DNA of 63,427 nt, the filler included, from Conidiobolus incongruus B7586 (taxonomy: Eukaryota), in assembly GCA_000697335.1 (NCBI GenBank). It is 4 parts of 4 records of this genome, joined end to end, with 100 filler letters (N's around TTAATTAATTAA, not from the genome) between each part and the next. Parts side by side here need not be neighbours in the genome. Positions count along the whole stretch, not along the records: positions 52,164 to 63,427 come from JNEM01006629.1; 3 more parts are not named here. The stretch is one strand, 5' to 3'. Below are positions 54,880 to 63,427 of the stretch, in pieces. The position numbers and the translations under genes are program-made. The notes under the pieces are model-generated. The model did no database searches and was not told the DNA's origin. It was given only the letters and a program-made list of their open reading frames with translations. How positions within the stretch are numbered: the stretch's first letter is position 1; each line of letters starts with the position of its first letter.

Positions 54880-55669
54880 AACTAATGAATAAATGCTATA
54901 ACAAATATTATGTTATAGATATATATATTATTAATTATATGATCAAATATATTTAAATCTATAAAGTGAAAATTAATACTTCTTTCAATTATATCATTTT
55001 ATGTTTTTAAAAACCATATTTATAAAATCTGAAATTTTTTATATTGGATATTCTATTTTTTAAGTAATGTGTTTTGATAAAATTTTCATTAGATGATAGA
55101 ACTCTATTTTAAATCAATTAAGTGAACCTATTTAACTCTGAAAATCGCTTAAAATCAATAGCCATAACATTAAATAATTCAAATAATTATTGAAAATTTT
55201 ATTAAATCAATAATAAATATATAATAAGTAATTGTGTATTATTATTTTAGTTATTGTATATATATATATATATTCAAAATTATTACAAATATTATCAAAA
55301 ACTTTAGGAAATTAAAGTTAATAGATAATATTATACAGAAAATTTGGTGATATATTCTAGAATTATTAGTAGACTATTAAACCATTTTAAGATATTTAAA
55401 AGAGAATGCAGAAATATCCTTATTTGGGCAGACTGAGTTTAATTGTATTTGGTAATACATTGCATTATCACTCAAATGAAACCCTGAATTTTTGCAAATA
55501 CAAATAACCTAATACATATTTTTAATATAAGCTAATTTTATATTTAGTTGAAGCATATTGATACTATTGTAATATTGAAAATAGAGCGATTTATTAATTT
55601 GGTATGTATTAAAGTTGCATTCAATAACAGTCACACTCAGCTATTTCACATTTATAAAGCAATAAAAGG

Positions 55670-55709
<40 letters not shown>

Positions 55710-56088
55710 ATTTTAAATTTCCCAATTTCATTTATATTTATTAATATACCAAAAATATTTATATTATTTTACAATTTTATTCAATTAATTATTTTAAAAA
55801 AAAATTCGGATAATTATCAAATTCTAGTTGGATCAAAATAAAAACTTTTTTAAACAATTATTTATTTAGTAATATTAAATATATGTTGATATATAAAAAT
55901 GTTAATATTTATTAAACACAGCTGATAGCATTTATTATAATCCTGAATTGTTTTGGTTAAAAGAGTAATTTCGGATTTGATTTGATTTGACTAAAAAATA
56001 AAAGCTTTACTATATGGGAATATATATATTTTAAATTGAGTATTTATTCAAAATAATTTATATATCACAATTAAAGATATAGAATTAA

Positions 56089-57471
56089 TTACAAGAGATT
56101 AAAGATCTTTTGACGCTGGAACCAGTTGGACTTGGGATAGCCACAGTAGATATGGTTGCCCAGCTGCCTGCATACTGTTGAGGTGCCACAATCGCGTTCT
56201 AACCATTTGCCGTAATTGCATTCACGGTACTTGGAGGACTTGCCTTCTTCGATACAGAAGGATTCACCGCTTGTACATGGTCCATCAGTGGGGCCTGGTT
56301 TCTCGCTAGTAGTGGTGGTGGTTGTGGTGGTTGTGGTTGTAGTAGTTGATGTTGAGGTAGAGGTAGACGTGGTAGTAGAAGTGGTAGTAGAAGTGGTGGT
56401 AGTGGTAGTGGTAGTGGTGGTCGTTGTAGTACTGGTTGTAGGAGTAGGAGGGGTAGAAGTTGGAGGCACTTTACAGTTACCACCCTCATTCAAGAAGCTC
56501 TTGAACACAGAGCCATAAGTCTGTTCGTTAAATTTATTCTGAGCACTTTGAGAGACATCCCACAACATTAAGCCACCGAAAGTTGAGAACTTTTGTCTAA
56601 CTTCCCTCAGGATACGCTTGAGAGGCTCAACTCCGACATAGCCCGATCCAGCAGCGGATTGAGCCGCAGGAGATCCGATGAACAATTTAACGTTTTTGTT
56701 GATGGACTTGGTTCTAGCCCACTCGTCCCACACGTGATAGTTCCAGGCCCATTGATTGTCGTAGTTTTGCAATCCACACCAGTTGTTGTAGAATTGGATG
56801 AAGACCATATCGAACCAAGCATTGTCTAAAGCCTTGGTGAGCATCCTGTCTGGGAATTCACACTGGGGAGCTCCTGCAATATAATACTTCTTACTGGGAT
56901 CTTTGGCATAAAGTTCGCGTAATCTATGAATGAAGACATCGTAGTGATCGGGTGATCCATTCTCAATATCCAAATCGATACCGTCTAACACCGCATTTCC
57001 GAATGGACGGTATTGATGTTGACCCCCTAAGAAAATATTCCAAACGGTCTCTGCAAAGGTGGATGCTTCCTGAGCGTTGTTGAAGCCGACTTGAGCAATT
57101 GCACCACCCAAAGAAAGTAAAATGGTCTTACCCTTAGATTGACAGTATGAAATATCCACACCAATCTTGGGACAAACCTTGGCAGCCATGTAGTTTTTGA
57201 GTAAGGGAGAGATTTGATCGGGACAATGATTGGCAAAGTTAATACCTGGCAACTGACCATTTCCAGCATTAAACACATTCAAGAAGGAGATTGGAATAAT
57301 GTCATATTCATTATTATTACAGTATTCACTCAAGTCCTTCTCCCAAAGGTCGGGACGATCCAAATGACTGGCTCCGTAAGAGTTCTGGCCCCAGTAGCCG
57401 ACGACATTATTGTTACAGTTTAAGTCCAGTGCACTGACAAGACCCGCAGCTAATAGTAATAAGACTTTCAT
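56089..57471 (-). CDS. Secreted GH18 class III (Cts1-like) endochitinase with Thr-rich linker and C-terminal CBM19-like Cys domain
   Basis: Signal peptide MKVLLLLAAGLVSA, YWGQN, LLSLGGA, catalytic LDGIDLDIE, APQC, IQFYNN, GGLMLWD, a poly-Thr linker and a Cys-rich tail ending in CNYGKWLERDCGTSTVC. Confidence 0.96.
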   Translation of the reverse strand: MKVLLLLAAGLVSALDLNCNNNVVGYWGQNSYGASHLDRPDLWEKDLSEYCNNNEYDIIPISFLNVFNAGNGQLPGINFANHCPDQISPLLKNYMAAKVCPKIGVDISYCQSKGKTILLSLGGAIAQVGFNNAQEASTFAETVWNIFLGGQHQYRPFGNAVLDGIDLDIENGSPDHYDVFIHRLRELYAKDPSKKYYIAGAPQCEFPDRMLTKALDNAWFDMVFIQFYNNWCGLQNYDNQWAWNYHVWDEWARTKSINKNVKLFIGSPAAQSAAGSGYVGVEPLKRILREVRQKFSTFGGLMLWDVSQSAQNKFNEQTYGSVFKSFLNEGGNCKVPPTSTPPTPTTSTTTTTTTTTTTTTSTTTSTTTSTSTSTSTTTTTTTTTTTTTSEKPGPTDGPCTSGESFCIEEGKSSKYRECNYGKWLERDCGTSTVCRQLGNHIYCGYPKSNWFQRQKIFNLL

Positions 57472-59537
57472 GGTCAAAATTAAACATTAATCGAGCATTT
57501 GATTAGTTTAAATAGTTCTGTTAAATTCTCTCAATTATCACGATTTGTTAAAATAACCAACAGTTAATCACTAGTCACTTATATCCACTTTGTAATAACT
57601 CGATTGGAACTTGTGTAATTATTTTAACCTTAACAAATTCAAAAACTAACCAAATAAAGCTTGAATGCTAGCAATTCAATTGGAATTTATGCAATTATAA
57701 TTTATTTATTTTATCCTCAATTAAGGTGAATTACAAGTAATTGATTACACATTTTCGAGTTTGTTAATTTTCTAACTAAAATTAGGTTAAATTTACAGTA
57801 ATAGGGAATTTAGATAGATTGATATAGTTGACAATTCTTTTAATTTTATTAAGGGATTAATTAAGATTTAATTGGGCATTTATCAAATTATGATACGATT
57901 TTATAATATTATTTACAGTATTTTGGAATAAACAGATTTTTCAATTAATCCTTACATAATTAAAAAAGAATGTAATATATTTTTAACAAGATATATGAAT
58001 GTTAATTATTTAGCTTGTATTCTAGATTTCTAATATGATGTAAGTGATTATTCTCATTGTATGTTAGGATCACATGTATACCCATGATTGAGTAGTTTTT
58101 TGAAAGAGGAAGGTAACAATCTTTTTGGTCAAAATTCAGGTATATAACAATGACAACCCTTTTGATATATAGTATATGAATCCTAATGATTAAAATTAAT
58201 AAGTCATATAAACATTATCTATTAATTGATATTACTTAATTGATTCTTCTTAACTTATTTCAGCTGCTGATAACTACTATCACCCGCGCTTTCAATATTC
58301 AATTGAAAAGAATTAATTTCGTCTATAACATGAATACTGAAGACTAATATTTTGATTTTCTGTAAATCGTTAATTGTAAGGAATGAAATTATCACAATAG
58401 TCTGAATCATGAATGGTACATATAAGTTTATATTGTTAATATTTTGATTTGTTTTAAATTTTTTACCCATATTTGATTAAAGTGCTACTTGTGTTAATAA
58501 GTAACAGATCTGATGAATATAGGATTGTGATTGATTCAATTTATGGAATCATAATATGTAAATAAATTGGAATTGATTACTTTTATAAATTTCAAAAATA
58601 ATCAACATATTCACTCTAGCTGGGAAGTCAGATGTGTAATAACTTTAAGTAAATAGTCGTCTTCCAGGACGGGGCTTGTTAGACGATATAAAAGGGGTGA
58701 TTTATTGTGTAACCTAGATTGTAGGGAAGTACCCTAGAAAGAGGACCGACGTGACAGCTGAGTTGAAGCCGGTATATTTACAGTTGTTTGACATGTCTTC
58801 TGAAAGTACATGGGGTACGTCGAGTGGAAAGATTGAAACCGCAGTTCGGATGTATTTGTTGGTCACTTTGTAGGTGGATCTGTGACGGAGTTTATGCTTG
58901 ATTCGAATTTCAGGATCGAACGGGTCTACTGGCCCGTGACGATATAAAATAAAAATAACATTAAAAATCTTTTGATAATAATAACAAGTTATTCTTAGCT
59001 CAGTAACATATGACAATATCAGATATAATCAAAAATATGATTTAAAACTTGTTTCATGTTAATATAAATTAAAAATTGAATTTTTGATTTAAATTTTCAT
59101 AATTGTTATAAAAAATTAAATTACTAGCAAACGTTTGTAATTTCTATTAAAACTTTATGACTTATCAATATTATTTGATACTATCATTTTCATTTAAAAA
59201 TATTAATAATAAAGCAATTAAGAGAAAGCATTTGTAAAATAAAATTGAAAGAATGTAAAATTAAATGTATAATAAGTTGATTGTAATAATTGGAAATTTT
59301 TAAGTGATGTGTTCAAAATTGAAGTGATGATATACAAACATCATCAATTTGTATTCGATTTGAATAACTCGAAATATTCGGAATAAACGAACTAAAAAAT
59401 AATTTAATGTATATTTCCAAAAAAGGTATATTTTAATGTATGTTATATGATATATTAACATATTAAATTGAATTTTTCAAAACTAGAAAACGAAAATTAA
59501 ATATAACTCAAATGAATGAGCTATAATACTTTTGCAA

Positions 59538-59609
59538 GTTCTCGTGATGTAGTTGGTTATCACGTCTGTCCAGCACACACGGTTCTCAGTTCCAATCTCA
59601 GCGAGGTCA
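59538..59609 (+). pseudogene. tRNA-Val-derived pseudogene
   Basis: The D-arm GTGATGTAGTTGGTTATCACGTC is typical of tRNA-Val and the acceptor GTTCTCG/CGAGGTC-A is mostly paired. The anticodon arm is shortened with loop CCAGCAC, the B box is mutated (GTTCCAAT) and the T-stem is mispaired. Confidence 0.75.
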
Positions 59610-60365
59610 TCACTTTTTCAAAGGATTTCTTATATAACTTATTGAATTTTTAATTTTGAAACATTTATTTTTTTAATTCTTTGAAATTGCATTTGTATAT
59701 TATTGTGCCAAACTATTATATTTATTTTATCTAAATCACCTTATATATCTATTATAATTCATAATAAACTTGTTTTTCAAAAATATTACTATAATAATGT
59801 TATTTCTGAAACTTCAAATGATGATATAAATATCAGCATATTTAATATCAACTTTTGTGTTGATAGTTTTGTATATTTTAAAATTGAGGTTGCAATAGTA
59901 ATGAATAATAAACTATTTTAAAATATAATATTTTTAAAATTGTATATTATAAATATATATCTATCATTCAGATTTTTTTTCGAATTGAATTAATTGTTGG
60001 ATGAATAATGAGAAATTCAATTGTTGAATATAACAAGATTGCCTTTTAGTTTTGATCTATGATTTGTAATAAATATTTTAATGATTATTAATGAAAATTC
60101 AAAGTTTGTATACTAATATTATTAATCTATGATATAATAATAGTAATATGATGCTATTCAATGATGACAAGCGTAGAAGTTTATAGAACAATCGAAATGT
60201 GCATTATCAATTTTAAGATATATTCAAATTAATGTAAAAAACTTATTGGACCACGTTGTTGAAGGTGACTCAAAATCCCATAGATCGTTGATTTCTGATT
60301 TGAAATTTAATAATATCTTGGATTCATTTTTATTAATTATTGTTAATAGTAACAAACAAAAAACA

Positions 60366-61145
60366 ATGACTATGCATACTAATACTAATCAACCACCCCA
60401 AAACGAATTATCTCAATTTTATTTTAGCATTCCTCCAGTTACTAGAACTTTAATTACTTTAACTTTGATTATTAGCATAGCTTGCCACCTTTCATTCGTA
60501 CCTTACTCTGCGGTCGCATTCGACTGGTACAGCGTTTACAAGGAGTGGAAGTTTCATAAGCTCATCACCAACTTCTTCGTTCAACCTGTCCATTTCTCAT
60601 TCATTTTTAATTTGGTGTTTTTTTATCGGCAATCTAAAGATTTGGAAACCAATGTATTTTGGAACAAAGGAGCCGATTATCTTTATTTCGTTATTTTAAC
60701 CTGCATCTCTTCTCTTGTTCTTGGTCATGCTATGGGAATTGGTTACTTGGGAGAGGCTCTCTTCTTCTCAGTAATGTACTTTTGGTCCCGTCACTTCCCC
60801 ACTAGAATTGTCAGTTTCTGGTTTGGTATCACTTTTCAAGGCTACTATTTGCCTTGGATTACCGTTTTTATTAACGCCCTATTCAACGCTGCCGTTCCTT
60901 ATACCGAGTTGATTGGTATTGCTTCCGCCTTCATTTATTTTTCTTTCTGTGAATATTATATTACTGCTGGCCCTAGGGTTTTGGCTGCTCCCAGTTTTCT
61001 TACCAAACTTATGCCCTATCCCGCCAACAATAGCCAATCTGGATCTGGTTATAGCGGTTACGCTCCTTCTCAACGTTTCGCCTCTTCTTCAGGTTCAGCT
61101 CAAAATGCTAAGGACAAATGGGGTAAAGGTTATCGTCTAGGCTAA
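60366..61145 (+). CDS. Derlin (Der1/Dfm1 family ERAD membrane protein) with C-terminal SHP box
   Basis: Motifs IPPVTR, KLITNFF, SKDLE, ADYLYF, YFWSR, YLPW and a terminal WGKGYRLG. ATG 60366 is preferred over the TTG start in the track. Confidence 0.92.
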   Translation: MTMHTNTNQPPQNELSQFYFSIPPVTRTLITLTLIISIACHLSFVPYSAVAFDWYSVYKEWKFHKLITNFFVQPVHFSFIFNLVFFYRQSKDLETNVFWNKGADYLYFVILTCISSLVLGHAMGIGYLGEALFFSVMYFWSRHFPTRIVSFWFGITFQGYYLPWITVFINALFNAAVPYTELIGIASAFIYFSFCEYYITAGPRVLAAPSFLTKLMPYPANNSQSGSGYSGYAPSQRFASSSGSAQNAKDKWGKGYRLG

Positions 61146-61453
61146 AATATGTTCAAATTTAATTTAAATGAATAATATTGAACAACGGCTATTTAATAAA
61201 TAGTATATACTTAGGTTTTATTTATTAATTAAAATTCTTTTTAATTTAATTTATAACAAATTCAGTCATTTAATTGTACATAACTATACTTGAAAAGAAT
61301 CTGATTTTAAATTTTAAATTTAATAATAATAAATCAGCAATTATGATATTGATAAATATATCTAAGTTTTGAAATTAATATATTTATTAAGATTAAACAA
61401 ATAGCATATATGAAAAAGTATAATAAGATAAAATATCCAGTTGTGAGTAAATA

Positions 61454-61960
61454 TTATCCAGGACCAACCTAAAATTCTTATTAATGTCAAACATTAATCA
61501 TGAATAAATCGAGTCTTACTTTAGGAATATCATAGTGTTCTGATAAATTAGATAATTTGGTATTAAATTCCTATATTAAAAAAATGAATACTAAATATAA
61601 AATAATATTTAAAAAATATTCAAACTTACTGCTACTCTATCCTTATGAGATAATTTGGCAGCTTCTTTGACTTTTTCTTTCATCTAATAATTACTATTAG
61701 TAAAAATATATCAAAGTATAAAATATATTATATAGCATACTCTCTCCTGTTGAATTTTTTCATATTTTAATTCTGCTTCAGTTTTGACAGGTGTAAATTC
61801 ATTTTCAAGTTGTTTAATATCGTCAATTTTTAACTTAGATTTTTTACTCTTTTTTCTATATAAATTAAAAATAGATTAATTTTATGTTATATTATTTTTA
61901 AAATGAATTTTATTACTTGATGCCTTTGTCTCCTTTAAAACTTAATGAACCCTTCGCCAT
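61454..61960 (-). CDS. FAM32A: FAM32A / DUF1754 small nuclear protein (absent from ORF track)
   Basis: Five short exons give MAKGSLSFKGDKGIKKKSKK...KTEAELKYEKIQQERMKEKVKEAAKLSHKDRVAEFNTKLSNLSEHYDIPKVGPG*. Confidence 0.9.
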
Positions 61961-62376
61961 TTTTAATTGTCGGATTCTTTTTTAATTGAATAAGTAACCT
62001 AGGAAATATTTATATGAATATATCAATTTAATTATTATGGGATTATAATTTCTGGAAATTTCTTGCATTCATTTATCAGTTGATATCAAATCTATTAATT
62101 GAAATATATTAAATGATATAAATCAATTATTCAAAGAAGCATAAGCTGTATATTGATTATCCAGGGTCTTAAAATTTAAAGGCAAATTAAAAAAGTAGAT
62201 TTAAAAACACTATAAATGTATTATTAATAAAAACATTCATTGAAATTTGTATCAATTTTTGAACATTTATGAAAAGTTAAAAATAAACCAATGGAAAATA
62301 AAAATAAAAATTAGTGTATTATAAAATAAATATCAAAAGGGTTGTTTATTAGTGTACTTATTATGATCTAGAGAAA

Positions 62377-63427
62377 TTATTCGATAATTTTGGTGACAAT
62401 ACCAGTACCAACAGTCTTACCACCTTCTCTGATGGTGAATCTGAGACCAGTTTCGATGGCAATGGAGGACAATAAGGTAATTTCCATTTCGACGTTGTCA
62501 CCGGGCATAACCAACTTTTCGTCGGCATCTTCGGTACCTTCGGGGTGGTTCAAGATGGCAGTAACGTCAGTGGTACGGACGAAGAGTTGGGGACGGTAGC
62601 TGTTGACGAAAGGAGTGTGACGACCACCTTCAGCCTTGGAGAGAATGTAAAGTTGAGCCAAGAATTTCTTGTGAGGTTTGATGGAACCAGGGGCGCACAT
62701 GACTTGACCACGTCTTAATTCATCACGCTTAACACCACGCAACAAGACACCCATGTTATCACCAGCCATACCTTGGTCTAATTCCTTGTGGAACATTTCA
62801 ATACCGGTAACGACAGTCTTGAAGGTTTGACCATAACCGACGATTTCGATTTCGTCACCCTTATTGACAACACCACGTTCAACACGACCGGTGGCGACGG
62901 TACCACGGCCAGAGATGGAGAAAGAGTCTTCAACGGGCATGAGGAAAGGTTTGTCGAGGTCACGTTCGGGAGTGGGGATGTAGGAGTCAACGGCTTCCAT
63001 CAACTTCAAGATGGCATCTTCACCAATTTCTTTTTGCTTACCTTCCAAGGCGCAGAGGGCGGAACCAGGGACAATGGGGGTGTTTTCACCATCGAAACCG
63101 TAGTGAGACAACAATTCACGCATTTCCATATCGACTAATTCGATCATTTCAGGATCATCAATGGCATCGACCTTGTTGATGAAGACAACCAAGTTCTTGA
63201 TACCGACTTGTTTGGCTAACAACAAGTGTTCACGGGTTTGAGGCATTTGACCGTCAGTAGCGGAGACAACAAGGATAGCACCGTCCATTTGAGCAGCACC
63301 AGTAATCATGTTCTTGATATAATCGGCGTGTCCAGGACAATCGACGTGACCGTAGTGACGGTTACCGGTTTCGTATTCGATGTGAGCGGTACTGATGGTA
63401 ATACCACGAGCACGTTCTTCAGGAGCC
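62377..63427 (-). CDS. TUF1: Mitochondrial elongation factor Tu (5' end lies outside the window)
   Basis: Motifs [59 protein letters not shown]. The frame is open to the window edge. Confidence 0.97.
   Translation of the reverse strand, partial: APEERARGITISTAHIEYETGNRHYGHVDCPGHADYIKNMITGAAQMDGAILVVSATDGQMPQTREHLLLAKQVGIKNLVVFINKVDAIDDPEMIELVDMEMRELLSHYGFDGENTPIVPGSALCALEGKQKEIGEDAILKLMEAVDSYIPTPERDLDKPFLMPVEDSFSISGRGTVATGRVERGVVNKGDEIEIVGYGQTFKTVVTGIEMFHKELDQGMAGDNMGVLLRGVKRDELRRGQVMCAPGSIKPHKKFLAQLYILSKAEGGRHTPFVNSYRPQLFVRTTDVTAILNHPEGTEDADEKLVMPGDNVEMEITLLSSIAIETGLRFTIREGGKTVGTGIVTKIIE

Noticed and set aside
56305..56450. GTG/GTA triplet repeat array
   Set aside because: It encodes the ordinary Thr/Ser linker of the chitinase.
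58620..58900. GGGAAGTC, ACGGGGCTT and GAAAGTAC words resembling RNase P/MRP conserved regions
   Set aside because: Their order and spacing do not give a consistent P4 pseudoknot.
62377..63427. Bacterial-looking, GC-richer EF-Tu as possible contamination or HGT
   Set aside because: It is contiguous with fungal genes, has the codon bias of a highly expressed host gene, and has fungal mitochondrial Tu features ([18 protein letters not shown] insert).
1..63427. CRISPR arrays, intact transposase/RT genes, U12-type introns, selenoprotein signals
   Set aside because: I saw none; every intron I reconstructed is a canonical short GT-AG intron.

Overview
AT-rich, intron-rich eukaryotic nuclear DNA from a fungus. 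The short GT-AG introns (~45-60 nt), very low intergenic GC and gene content suggest an early-diverging lineage, possibly an entomophthoralean such as Conidiobolus; this is inference only. Three artificial scaffold gaps (N-run/TTAATTAATTAA/N-run) split the window. Supported genes are ketopantoate hydroxymethyltransferase, UTP14, mitochondrial ribosomal uS15m, tRNA-Pro(AGG), threonine aldolase, a Rom1/2-type RhoGEF, a UXT-like prefoldin, a Gti1/Pac2 (WOPR) factor, a GDA1/CD39 NTPDase, a divergent Yta7/ATAD2-like AAA ATPase, a three-KH RNA-binding protein, a COG2907-type FAD oxidoreductase, a GH18 chitinase, a derlin, FAM32A and the 3' part of mitochondrial EF-Tu. The UXT-like and FAM32A genes are absent from the ORF track, and the WOPR gene appears there only in part. 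Non-genic structure includes an SDR pseudogene, a tRNA-Val pseudogene, four decayed copies of a dispersed AT-rich repeat, a ~1.7-2 kb local duplication, and three unexplained GC-rich islands (~5.1 kb, 46.9/50.9 kb, 58.6-58.9 kb). These islands are the best candidates for unannotated elements. I found no multi-gene novel system that I can support.
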